Source of the DNA: Planctomycetota bacterium
Lineage (GTDB): Bacteria > Planctomycetota > UBA1135 > UBA2386
Direction: 5' to 3'
Assembly: GCA_045105235.1 (NCBI GenBank)
Contig: JBGCDH010000024.1
Span: 48,270 to 112,269, forward strand
Length of the DNA: 64,000 bases
Shown here: positions 42,566 to 51,923 of the stretch, one piece after another
How the letters are laid out: each line of letters begins with the position of its first letter
How positions within the stretch are numbered: position 1 is the stretch's first letter
The notes under the pieces: model-generated
Database searches by the model: none
The model's input: only the letters and a program-made list of their open reading frames with translations
Told to the model about the DNA's origin: nothing
Position numbers and translations under genes: made by a program

Positions 42566-45076
42566 ATGCGCCACTCCACCGCACTCCTGTTCGCCGCTTC
42601 GCTGTCCGTCGCTACGACCGCATGCTTCGGCGACGGCTCGGCCGCTGTCTCCGATGCGCCGGCGCCGACGCCGATCACCGCGAGCGTCGAGCTTCCGACG
42701 GATCCTTCGGGAACCGTCGAAATCCGCATCACGCTCACCGACGCTGAGTCGCGATCCCTCGCGGCCACCGTGGAAGTCGCGCACGACGGCATGACGTTTC
42801 GCCCGGCGAGCATTGCGACCGACGCCGAGCTCGACAACCTGCCGAGTTCTCCAGCCGGCGCGACCACAACCGCGCGGTGGGACACTCTGGCAGATCTGGG
42901 CTTTCGAGACTGCCCCAACGCGCAGCTTCGCGTGCGTCTCGAAGGCGCCGACGGCGTCGAAGCCACGGCCGCGGCCGCCGTGCCGCCCCTCGACAACCTG
43001 CGCTGTGCGCTCGAACAGGTCGAGCACCACATGATCCATTACGGGCCGTTTGACGAAGGATCGATCGAGCTCGCCGTCGGCCACGACCTGGTTGTCGTGC
43101 ACCCGAAGAACGGCAACGTATCCGTAGAGACGATCCGCGCGATCCAGCTCGGGCGCGACATCAACGACCCCCGCGACGACGTGCTGGTCTTGAGCTACAT
43201 CTCGGTCGGCGAAGACTCGCGCACGATCGGGGTCAGCGATAGCGACATGCTGCTCGACGCTCGCTTTGTTGGCGACGCCAGCGGCCCGCGGATCGATCCG
43301 CGCGGCCCCAATGCGGACGGCCAATCGCTGGTCGGACTGGCCCCGCTGGGAGTGCCCTCCAACAGCCTGACCGGAACCCGCTACGCATCCTGGTATCTCG
43401 ACGACAACTCCGTCGACACCAGCCCAACCGACATCGGCGACGGCATCCCGGATCGCAACGCGGCTTTCGGCGGCTGTTTCGTCAATGCGGGCGACCCCGC
43501 ATGGTTTGAGGTCCTCGACCAAATGACGTTCGACGGCGTCGACGCCCGGCCCGGGATGCGTGAGTTGCTGCGATCCGATACCGGCCGCGGCTTCGACTGT
43601 GACGGTCTCTTCTTCGACACCTTCGACACGTGCGCACCGAACTCCTACACCGACGGATCGAGTCCGGTGCAAAACGAATTCGAATGGACGGCGCCAGGAT
43701 TCCAAGCCTTCACGGAGCGCTTCCAGGAGCGCTATCCAAACAAGATCGCGCTGCAGAACCGCGGCATGTTCTTGTTTGACCCGCGGCTGCCGCACTACCA
43801 GGTCACGACGCGCAGCTTCATCGATGCCGTGCTGGTTGAGAGCTACCGGCTGGACTCCAACCCAAGCGCTCAGTTCGACGCCTACTTCTCGGCCGACAAC
43901 AAGAACAACTTCGCCCCCAAGCTGCTCGCCGAAGCCGGCCGCCCCGATGGCTTCCGCGTCTTGAGCCTCGGGTACGCCGAGGGCCCGGACATCAACCAGG
44001 CGACCCTGCTGGGGCAGTCATCCGTCGGGCTTCAGACGCTGCTTGAGGACATCGAAGAAGCGCAGGTGCTGGCCGGATTCTCCCACTACATCACCGACGC
44101 CGGTGTTGCGCTGCCCAACTCGTTTGTGCGCGATCGTCTGCCCGTCGACGTGGCGGCTCCGATCTGGTCCAGCACCTACAACGACAACCTGGCGCCGTTT
44201 CCGACGCCGCCCGGGGTGCCAACGCCGCGCCCCGGCATCCAAACCCTCACGGCCAGCGACGGGGAACTGCTCGTGCGCTGGGATGTCGCCCAGGATCAAA
44301 ACCGCGTGGGCTATGCGCTCTACCTGCAAACAGAGCCGTTCAACTTCGATACGGACCCAACGCTCACGGGTGCGACCCGGCAGGTCTTGACGCCCGGCAT
44401 CGATGCGGACTACGTCACTTCCGGGATCGGCCCCAATCGCTACCCGTTCCGCGCCACGATCTCCGGGCTTGCCAACGACACCACCTACTACGCCTGCTTG
44501 CGCGCATTCGACTCGCTCGGCAACGAAGAGCGCAACGAGGTCGTGCTGTCGGCAACGCCGAGCGAAGCGGCCGTGATCGTCGATGGACAGTTCGGCGAGT
44601 GGGATGGCGTCCCCGTGCTGATCTCCGATCCGGATGACGCGCCGGTGTCCGCCGGGCCCGACTGGCTCGACGTCGCGGTCACCCATGACGCGACCAACCT
44701 CTACATTCGATTCACCTCGGCGCACCCATTCAACCTAGACGGATCGCCTACCTACACGTTCTCGCGGACGCTGATCTTCTTGGACCTCGACGGCAACGGC
44801 GCAACCGGCTGGCCCATCGCCGGCATCGGCAGCGACGCACTGGTCGCAGGAGACGGGCTGTTCACGCAGAGCAGCAGCACGTTCAACACCGGCAGTCTCG
44901 GCAGCATCGAGGTCGCACCAACGACCGCCATCGTGCAGTGCGAGATGTCGATCCCGTGGGCACTGCTCGACTCGGTCGAGCCTGGAGTCACCAACGTGCG
45001 GCTGGTGTTCTTGAACGACGAAGTCACCGACTACGCGCCTGACACCGGCATCGTCACCTACACCGCTACGCGCTAG
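42566..45076 (+). CDS. Paralog 2 of the GH114-like multidomain lipoprotein
   Basis: ATG at 42566 gives MRHSTALLFAASLSVATTACFG. By eye roughly half of the residues are identical to paralog 1 over the full length, with the same domain order. DNVDTC is replaced by DTFDTC. Confidence 0.85.
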   Translation: MRHSTALLFAASLSVATTACFGDGSAAVSDAPAPTPITASVELPTDPSGTVEIRITLTDAESRSLAATVEVAHDGMTFRPASIATDAELDNLPSSPAGATTTARWDTLADLGFRDCPNAQLRVRLEGADGVEATAAAAVPPLDNLRCALEQVEHHMIHYGPFDEGSIELAVGHDLVVVHPKNGNVSVETIRAIQLGRDINDPRDDVLVLSYISVGEDSRTIGVSDSDMLLDARFVGDASGPRIDPRGPNADGQSLVGLAPLGVPSNSLTGTRYASWYLDDNSVDTSPTDIGDGIPDRNAAFGGCFVNAGDPAWFEVLDQMTFDGVDARPGMRELLRSDTGRGFDCDGLFFDTFDTCAPNSYTDGSSPVQNEFEWTAPGFQAFTERFQERYPNKIALQNRGMFLFDPRLPHYQVTTRSFIDAVLVESYRLDSNPSAQFDAYFSADNKNNFAPKLLAEAGRPDGFRVLSLGYAEGPDINQATLLGQSSVGLQTLLEDIEEAQVLAGFSHYITDAGVALPNSFVRDRLPVDVAAPIWSSTYNDNLAPFPTPPGVPTPRPGIQTLTASDGELLVRWDVAQDQNRVGYALYLQTEPFNFDTDPTLTGATRQVLTPGIDADYVTSGIGPNRYPFRATISGLANDTTYYACLRAFDSLGNEERNEVVLSATPSEAAVIVDGQFGEWDGVPVLISDPDDAPVSAGPDWLDVAVTHDATNLYIRFTSAHPFNLDGSPTYTFSRTLIFLDLDGNGATGWPIAGIGSDALVAGDGLFTQSSSTFNTGSLGSIEVAPTTAIVQCEMSIPWALLDSVEPGVTNVRLVFLNDEVTDYAPDTGIVTYTATR

Positions 45077-46203
45077 CTCCCGCCGCCGCCCGATTTCGCG
45101 GGCGGCTTGACCGGCTTTGGCGGAGCGGGCGGTTCGGGCGATTCGGGGACGGGAGCCACCTCCACTTCTTCCACCACCACCTCGACGGCTTCGGCAACTT
45201 CGAGGACGCCGCCCTGCATCGGCATGGGCGCCGTCATGTTGAACCCGATGAACAAGAACGGCGCCATACTGCCGAGCATGCCGGCGACTTGGCGCGACCG
45301 GCCGCAGTCCACGCTCCAAACGGCGTCGGTGCCTTCGCGGCGGTGCTCGATCTTCTTCAGCAGCGGGCGCAGGATGCGCAGCTCTGTGACCTTGGCCATC
45401 TTTGCCAAAGCCGCGTTGACCGCCGCCTCGGTCGCCGCAAGGCCATCGCCCACGGTGTTGTGCCGAACGGTCAGTTCCACCAGGGTGTGAGGATCGATTT
45501 CGTCCCCGACCAGGCGCACCCGTAGGCACACAAAGGTTGGCTGCCGGCCATCGGGCCACGTCGTGCCCGGCACGAATTTACACAGCTCGCGAACCACTTC
45601 GTCGTCGTCACGAACGTCGACGATTGCCTGCAGCAGGACGTTTGGGTGGCCGGCGAGAAACGCCATCACGTCCGGACACGGCAGACCTCGCCGAGGCTTG
45701 CCTTCGAGCACACTCTGAAGCACGGATGTGGGCCCATAGACACGCAGCTTGTCGTGGACCATGCCGAGCGCTTGCGAGTCCTTCGCGCTACGAGAGCCGA
45801 AGCGATCGACGTGCAGCACGTGCGCCCCAACATCGGTCGTCGTGTAACGCCAATCGAGACTCTTCGGCTGCCCCAATTCTTCGCAGCCTTCGATCGTCAG
45901 GATCTCCTGGTGGCCAGCGGACGCGGCCGAACGAACCATCGTAATTCGGTCGAGGCCCTCAAGGCTGAAGCCCTGCTGGTCCTCGATCATGCGTTGCCCA
46001 GCAATTAGTGCGCCGACGCCCATGTCTTCAAGGAACCCCGTCTCACGCGCGGCCTTCATGTCGACAATCAGCACCGAGCGATAGTCGTCAAAGAAGAACT
46101 GCTGCGCACGCAAGGGACCGTTCGCCGGTCGCTGTTGTGCCAGGCACAAGCAAGAAGCTAGCGAAGCGAGGAGTGGTGCGGCGAGCAATCGACGTGCGGT
46201 CAT
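45073..46203 (-). CDS. Secreted hypothetical protein with Pro/Glu/Val-rich C-terminal tail
   Basis: Signal peptide MTARRLLAAPLLASLASCLCLAQQ. 376 aa. Tail EVVVEEVEVAPVPESPEPPAPPKPVKPPAKSGGGGS. Confidence 0.7.
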   Translation of the reverse strand: MTARRLLAAPLLASLASCLCLAQQRPANGPLRAQQFFFDDYRSVLIVDMKAARETGFLEDMGVGALIAGQRMIEDQQGFSLEGLDRITMVRSAASAGHQEILTIEGCEELGQPKSLDWRYTTTDVGAHVLHVDRFGSRSAKDSQALGMVHDKLRVYGPTSVLQSVLEGKPRRGLPCPDVMAFLAGHPNVLLQAIVDVRDDDEVVRELCKFVPGTTWPDGRQPTFVCLRVRLVGDEIDPHTLVELTVRHNTVGDGLAATEAAVNAALAKMAKVTELRILRPLLKKIEHRREGTDAVWSVDCGRSRQVAGMLGSMAPFLFIGFNMTAPMPMQGGVLEVAEAVEVVVEEVEVAPVPESPEPPAPPKPVKPPAKSGGGGS

Positions 46204-46352
46204 GGGCGGAGCGTCTCGAATGAAAACAGACGGAACACGCCCGACCTTGCGGGATCACCGGATTTCGGTCAAGCCGGGCCCACAACGTCAGCCCACGCGA
46301 CGGAACTCATGCCAATGCTTGACGCGGGCGCCACGACGCGGATCCTGCCAGG

Positions 46353-47621
46353 ATGCGACGCGCTCTCAAACTCGGCACCGCCGCGTGCCTCTTGTGCCTA
46401 CCCACTTTCGCCCAGGCTTCCGGCCAAGCCGCGGACGCCGCTGCCGTCGCCAACCGTTCCGCCCAGCCAGGCGCGTGGCAGGACCTGTTTGATGGCAAGA
46501 CCCTCAACGGCTGGACCCAGCGAAACGGCACGGCCGACTACGAGGTCGTTGACGGCACCATCGTTGGCACGACCAAGAAAGGCAGCCCCAATTCCTTTCT
46601 CTGCACCGACCGATTCTACGGCGACTTCGAATTGACGTTTGACGTCAAGCTCCACAGCGACGAACTCAACTCGGGCGTGCAGATCCGCAGCCACTCGATC
46701 CCTTCGTATCGCAAGGGCCGCGTGCACGGCTACCAGGTGGAAGTCGCCACCAACGGCCACGCTGGCTTCATCTACGACGAGGCTCGTCGCGGCTGGCTGA
46801 GCAAGGACCGCGACGACCCCGCCCGCCGAGCCGCCTACCGCAACGGCGAGTGGAACCGCTACCGCGTGCTCTGCGTCGGCCCAACCATCCGCACCTGGGT
46901 CAACGATGTCCAGGTAGCTCACATCGTCGACGACTTCTCGCCAACCGGCTTCATCGGCCTGCAGGTTCACTCCGTCCGCAACGATCCGAAGTGGCGCGTT
47001 GCCTGGCGCAACCTGCGCATCCGCGAACTGGGCGACGGCGGCGGCTTTGCGTCGCTGTTTGACGGCAAGTCCCTTGCGGGCTGGAAGGTCAACGAGAACC
47101 CGGATTCGGTCGCGGTCAAGGATGGCGCGATCGTGGTCAAGGGCCAGCGCGCCCACGCCTTTTATGACGGCCCGGTATACCGCCACGACTTCCAGAACTT
47201 TGAGCTGCGCGCTTTGGTGCGCACCCGCAAGAACTCCAACTCCGGGCTCTACTTCCACACTGCATTCCAGCCAAACGGCTGGCCACAGAAGGGCTACGAA
47301 GTGCAGGTCAACAACAGCCACGGCGACTGGCGTCGCACCGGCGGCCTCTATGGCATCGAGGACGTGCGCGAAGCTCCGGCTGCTGACGAGCAATGGTTCC
47401 GCATGGAAGCAAAGGTTGTGGGACAGCACATCACGGTATTCGTGAACGGCAAGCAGACGGTCGACTACACGGAGCCAGTCGATGCCAAGCGCGAACCGGG
47501 TTTCGCGGGTCGGCTGCTCGGGCGCGGGACGATTGCACTCCAGGCGCACGACCCAGGCAGCGAGGTTTGGTTCAAGGACATCGCGGTACGGCCACTGCCC
47601 GAAACGCCAAGCGCCCGCTAG
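46353..47621 (+). CDS. Secreted protein with two DUF1080 (3-keto-disaccharide hydrolase-like) domains
   Basis: Signal peptide. Twice the pattern LFDGK(T/S)L.GW ... NSG(V/L) ... W.(R/N).(R/A) ... FKDI typical of DUF1080. Confidence 0.85.
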   Translation: MRRALKLGTAACLLCLPTFAQASGQAADAAAVANRSAQPGAWQDLFDGKTLNGWTQRNGTADYEVVDGTIVGTTKKGSPNSFLCTDRFYGDFELTFDVKLHSDELNSGVQIRSHSIPSYRKGRVHGYQVEVATNGHAGFIYDEARRGWLSKDRDDPARRAAYRNGEWNRYRVLCVGPTIRTWVNDVQVAHIVDDFSPTGFIGLQVHSVRNDPKWRVAWRNLRIRELGDGGGFASLFDGKSLAGWKVNENPDSVAVKDGAIVVKGQRAHAFYDGPVYRHDFQNFELRALVRTRKNSNSGLYFHTAFQPNGWPQKGYEVQVNNSHGDWRRTGGLYGIEDVREAPAADEQWFRMEAKVVGQHITVFVNGKQTVDYTEPVDAKREPGFAGRLLGRGTIALQAHDPGSEVWFKDIAVRPLPETPSAR

Positions 47622-47635
47622 CCAACAAACACACC

Positions 47636-48091
47636 ATGTTTCTCATCCTCTCGATCCTGTTCTTCGCACTGCTGCACCTGCCGTGGTTTCGCAAGCGGCG
47701 CTGGTGGAACACGCTCAAAGAACGCGCGGCGTGGGCGCTCGGCCTGAGCCTGTTTGCCGCCGGCGCGCTGCACCTATCGGTGCCAGCTGTGTTCGCGGCC
47801 ATTGTCCCCGACTACATGCCGTCGCCCCAAAAGCTCGTCTACGCAGGCGGAGCGGCGCTGATGACGGGGTCGCTCGGGGTCATCTGGAAGCGCGTGCGCC
47901 GCTTCACGTCGTATGGCGTGATTGGCATGCTGCTGGCCTTCTTGCCGGCCAATATCAACCTCGCCATGCACGGCGCCGAGCTGCCGAACGCCGTCGGTAC
48001 GGTGCCGCCGAACCACTGGCTGGCGTGGTCGAGTGTGCCGATGCAGTTCGTCTACATGGCCTGGGCCTGGCTGGTGGGCCGCAAGCGCTGA
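47636..48091 (+). CDS. Small integral membrane protein (about 4 TM, DoxX-like)
   Basis: Internal ATG at 47636 (MFLILSILFFALLHLPWF). Hydrophobic throughout. The upstream part of ORF 47393..48091 overlaps the previous gene. Confidence 0.65.
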   Translation: MFLILSILFFALLHLPWFRKRRWWNTLKERAAWALGLSLFAAGALHLSVPAVFAAIVPDYMPSPQKLVYAGGAALMTGSLGVIWKRVRRFTSYGVIGMLLAFLPANINLAMHGAELPNAVGTVPPNHWLAWSSVPMQFVYMAWAWLVGRKR

Positions 48092-48231
48092 GCCGGCACC
48101 CCGCCAACTTTCTGATCGCAAATCGGGTGCGCTACGGCGACATTCTTTTGCGCAAGACTCGTCTCCGTTCCTGCCGGACCGCATGAAGGCGGAATCTGAG
48201 GGGCGGCCAACCAGTTCCTACCAGCAAGACC

Positions 48232-48627
48232 ATGCTCTCAGAGTTCAAGAAGTTCATCTTCAAAGGCGACGTCGTCGCCCTCGCCACCGGCGTCATCATC
48301 GGCACGGCATTCGGAAAGATCGTCACCGCGTTCACCGAAGGCTTTGTAAACCCGCTTCTGAAGCTTCTTGGCGGCAGCCCGGAAGTGGCGATGAAGATTC
48401 AGATTGCAGGCGAAACCGGCGCGAAGGAAGGCGTCTACCTGGACGTCGGGCTGATCATCAGCGCGATCATCTCCTTTTTGATCACCGCCGCGATCATCTT
48501 CTTCTTCATCGTCAAGCCCGCCAACGCCCTGCAAAAGCGCATGGCCGAAGACGAAGTCAAGGCACCGCCGAAGCCATCGGACGAAGTGGTCCTGCTCGGC
48601 GAGATTCGCGACGCGCTCAAGAAGTAG
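48232..48627 (+). CDS. mscL: Large-conductance mechanosensitive channel
   Basis: MLSEFKKFIFKGDVVALATGVIIGTAFGKIVTAFTEGFVNPLL is the canonical MscL N-terminus. 131 aa. Confidence 0.95.
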   Translation: MLSEFKKFIFKGDVVALATGVIIGTAFGKIVTAFTEGFVNPLLKLLGGSPEVAMKIQIAGETGAKEGVYLDVGLIISAIISFLITAAIIFFFIVKPANALQKRMAEDEVKAPPKPSDEVVLLGEIRDALKK

Positions 48628-48712
48628 CCGCGGTTGCTCACCGTCAAGAGTGGCGGCGCGCAGACGATTGCGAGCGGGCCAGGCGCAATCTGCCGGCCAT
48701 ACGTGGCAGCTG

Positions 48713-50689
48713 CTATTTCCCAGCCGTTGCTACGTCAAAGTCGACACTCGCCAGCAGTGTCGCGAGCAGCTCGCGGTCCGCATCGGATGCGATCCGGCCC
48801 AGCTCAAACACAAACAGGGCATCGCCCGCGAGCACGAACGTGACGCGCTCATTGCCAGCGGAGCGCTGGCGCTCGATCGCCCGCGCCGGCCGATCGTCGA
48901 CCAAGAGTTCTTCGAACTCGCCCTTGAGCCCGAACATCGTGCGGAGCTGCGGCCAGGCAAAGCCAGCCGGAACGTCCATGACGGCAACTTCGATCTGACG
49001 GGGCTCGCCGCCGTCACTGCGCCCTTCCACCTCTAGCAGCTCAAAGCTGATCTGCGCGGAGGGTGGCCCGGACTCGATCTCGAAGCCTTCGGGCGCCTCC
49101 AGCGACAACCCCCAGAGTCGGTTGACGTAACGCTTGGCGTGCTCCGCATTCGTGACCGCACCAGCGGCATCGCAGTCAAGGACGCGGCCACGGTGCACGA
49201 CTTCCTGCACCTCGATGTCGAGTCGCCCAAACGCCGCCATCAGCTGCATGAACTCTTCTGCCATGCTGCCTTCTTGCAGCGACATCGAGACCATCTGCAG
49301 CCGCAGCGGGTCGGCCGACCCGTAGCCCATTGTTGCATCGAGCGGGTACCACTGGCCGTCGACATAGACTTCGTTCCATGCGTGGCCGCCCCAGATGCCG
49401 CCGAGGTAGACGACCCCCATGGCGACACGCGCCGGAATGCCGACCGCACGGCACATGGCCGCAAGCAGCATCGCGTGCTCGCTGCAGTCGCCCTCGCGGT
49501 CGCGGCACACCTCAAGCGCCGAGGCCATACCGACACCGAAGTTCTTATTGGTGATGTGTTCGAAGACCCAGCTCTCGATCTTTTGCGCAGCCGCCCACGC
49601 GTCGCGTTCGTCACCGACCGCCTGCTGCGCAAGCTCACGGATTTCGGGTTCGTCGGACTGCAGCATCGTGCTTGCCGCCAGGCTCCCGCCGACGCCCGCC
49701 GCATTCGCGGCCGCCAGCGCCAACGGCCGCCGACCGGCGTGGCCCGTCGGCGGCACACGTCGCTCGAGTCGCATCGTGACCACGCCGTCGTCCCCACGCG
49801 AGACGACGCGCTGGCCGTTCGACTCGACGATTTGCACCGGCCGGCCCGACTCCTTGGAGCGTACCGCAACCGTGGCAGCGGACGCCGTTCGCGCGAACGG
49901 CACGGAACGCTTGGCGACGATCATCGTCGCTTGGAAAACGTCCGGCGACAGCTCGGACTTGCCGACAGCAGCGAGCGCCTGCTGTCTGGTCGCAAGGTCC
50001 TGCTCCATCTTGATGCCCGCCATCGGCACCATCGTGCGCACCACCGTGCCATCGCGTCGAAGCCAGCTGGTCGTCGTGAACGGCATCTTCTCCATGCGAG
50101 ACTCTGTCTTGACGAGAGTGACCTTCTCGCCGAGCACCGTCACTTCTTCTTCGCCGACGACGAGAATGTCCATGCCGACAATTCCATCTAGCTCGGCCGC
50201 AAACGTCACGGCTTCCGCCTTTCTGCCGGGCTGCAGATCCTCGCCGACCAGCATGCGCGACAAGCGCCATGGGCCGATCACACCGTCATCGACTTCGATC
50301 TCCCGCTCGCGCTCGCGCCCCATCAACTTGGTCACGATCTTGGCCATGCCATCGCCGAAGGTCGCACGCGACTCGCTGTCCTGATTCGACATCTTGCTCG
50401 ACATCGACACCTCGATGAGCTTGCCGTCGTCGGACCGCTCGACCGACGCACTGCGCGACTCGACTTCAACCGTAGAGCCAAGGCGCTTGATCTTCATTTC
50501 GGTCGTGATGACCGTTTCGATGCGATCGCCGCTCTGCACAGAGCGCGAATGCAGGTAGCCAACTTCGCCGCCTTGCATGCGCATGACGTACCAGAGATCT
50601 TCGAGCACAACGGGTTTGGTCGCTCCCTGCCCGATCAACATCGGCGCGAGAGAGAACCAGGCCAACACAGCGAACAGGGTCTTCTTCAT
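48713..50689 (-). CDS. Secreted transglutaminase-like cysteine protease-fold protein
   Basis: Signal peptide MKKTLFAVLAWFSLAPMLIGQ. Core GDCSEHAMLLAAMCRAVGIPARV...GHAWNEVYVDGQWYPLDAT (Cys-His-Asp triad context). Confidence 0.85.
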   Translation of the reverse strand: MKKTLFAVLAWFSLAPMLIGQGATKPVVLEDLWYVMRMQGGEVGYLHSRSVQSGDRIETVITTEMKIKRLGSTVEVESRSASVERSDDGKLIEVSMSSKMSNQDSESRATFGDGMAKIVTKLMGREREREIEVDDGVIGPWRLSRMLVGEDLQPGRKAEAVTFAAELDGIVGMDILVVGEEEVTVLGEKVTLVKTESRMEKMPFTTTSWLRRDGTVVRTMVPMAGIKMEQDLATRQQALAAVGKSELSPDVFQATMIVAKRSVPFARTASAATVAVRSKESGRPVQIVESNGQRVVSRGDDGVVTMRLERRVPPTGHAGRRPLALAAANAAGVGGSLAASTMLQSDEPEIRELAQQAVGDERDAWAAAQKIESWVFEHITNKNFGVGMASALEVCRDREGDCSEHAMLLAAMCRAVGIPARVAMGVVYLGGIWGGHAWNEVYVDGQWYPLDATMGYGSADPLRLQMVSMSLQEGSMAEEFMQLMAAFGRLDIEVQEVVHRGRVLDCDAAGAVTNAEHAKRYVNRLWGLSLEAPEGFEIESGPPSAQISFELLEVEGRSDGGEPRQIEVAVMDVPAGFAWPQLRTMFGLKGEFEELLVDDRPARAIERQRSAGNERVTFVLAGDALFVFELGRIASDADRELLATLLASVDFDVATAGK

Positions 50690-50747
50690 ATCGAAACTCC
50701 AGATCTTACCGGGTGAACCATAGCGAACTCACTCGCCAACGGGGCCC

Positions 50748-51887
50748 CTATCGGCCCCGAGGAGCGACTCGCGGCGGCACATACGGCGGCGGCAGCGGCA
50801 CCAAACCGCAGCGGTAGGCACGCACGAACAGCGTGAACCCTCGGGCGTAGTCGTCCGTGCCCAGCGCGACCCCCTGCGTTTTGAGGTAGGTATCGTTGAC
50901 CGCTCGGGACACCCGCGCCAGCGTCGGCACCGAGTGCCGCTTGCGCCGCTCTGACAGCTCGCGCAGGTCGGCCTTCGCACGCTCGGGCAACAACTTGTAG
51001 AAGCGCGCAGCGGAGCCTTCATCCTCACGCGACATCGCATACCGCACCATCGACAGCGCTGTGCCATAGCGCGCCAAGGGGTCTGCGGCACGCAATCCCG
51101 CAACGAACCCGACTAGGTTGGCATCGGCTTCGCCGCAGTAGCCAAACAAGTGCGCCAACTCGTGCGCACGAATCCCCAGCAACATCGGCAGCGGCAGGGC
51201 GCCGTCAACGTGAGCCTCCAGGGTAAACGGCGACACGATCCCATAGATCCCGAGCGCCATGAGCCAACCATCCGGTGGCTCTTTGATGTATCTCGGGACG
51301 GCGGGCAGCCATCCTTCGAGTTCCTCCACGAGCTCACGTTCGGCGCTTGCCACGGCTCGCCACGCCCGCTCAGCATCGCCGTGCGCACGGTCGCCGTCTT
51401 CATGCAGAACGCGCAGAAGCCGCATCTGCACGTCCGCAACGTGCTCGCGCAGCAGCTCTGTTTCGCCGAGATGCCAACGCTCTTCGATCGGCACGCGGCG
51501 ATAGCCAAGCCCCCAGATCAACAGAAAGGCTGCGGCGACGACGAGTGCTCCCCGCATCAGCCGAACGGCACCGGCTACCAGCAAGGCCCACCGGGCCTCT
51601 CCGCACCTGCGGCCCCGACGCCATCTCCGGACTCCAACCAGAGCAAGCAACGCGGGCACCGCCAGGAGCAGCGAACCCATGAGCGGCCAGTCGACCGCGC
51701 CGGTAACGGGCACCAAGTTCTTTTGGAGTATCGGGAAGAGAGTGCGGCTGTAGCCACGCTCCATCACGTCAGCTGGCAGCACGAGGCCGGCGACCACGAC
51801 AAGCGCTGCGGCGACCCAAGCCACCGTGCGGCCGTGTCGCCGAAGCGGCGACTCGACGCGAGCACCCGATTCTGCAGATCCGGACAT
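50748..51887 (-). CDS. DUF3810-family membrane metalloprotein
   Basis: N-terminal TM helices. HELAHLFGYCGEADANLVGFVAG matches the DUF3810 HExxH...E(A/E)NF motif. Confidence 0.7.
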   Translation of the reverse strand: MSGSAESGARVESPLRRHGRTVAWVAAALVVVAGLVLPADVMERGYSRTLFPILQKNLVPVTGAVDWPLMGSLLLAVPALLALVGVRRWRRGRRCGEARWALLVAGAVRLMRGALVVAAAFLLIWGLGYRRVPIEERWHLGETELLREHVADVQMRLLRVLHEDGDRAHGDAERAWRAVASAERELVEELEGWLPAVPRYIKEPPDGWLMALGIYGIVSPFTLEAHVDGALPLPMLLGIRAHELAHLFGYCGEADANLVGFVAGLRAADPLARYGTALSMVRYAMSREDEGSAARFYKLLPERAKADLRELSERRKRHSVPTLARVSRAVNDTYLKTQGVALGTDDYARGFTLFVRAYRCGLVPLPPPYVPPRVAPRGR

Positions 51888-51923
51888 CTCTCACCAGTCT
51901 ACGCCACCCACGGAGCAGCGGGA

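Noticed and set aside
40882-43032. 716-aa minus-strand ORF (and 42230..43795) opposite the GH114-like paralogs.
   Set aside because: The sense strand encodes two mutually similar, domain-structured lipoproteins. The antisense translations are low-complexity and not similar to each other in a protein-like way.
48660-48693. Imperfect hairpin (gcagacgattgcg ... cgcaatctgc) between the convergent mscL and transglutaminase-like genes, considered as a bidirectional terminator.
   Set aside because: The stem is only about 10 bp with a 3-nt bulge and there is no U-tract on either strand. The evidence is insufficient to call a terminator.
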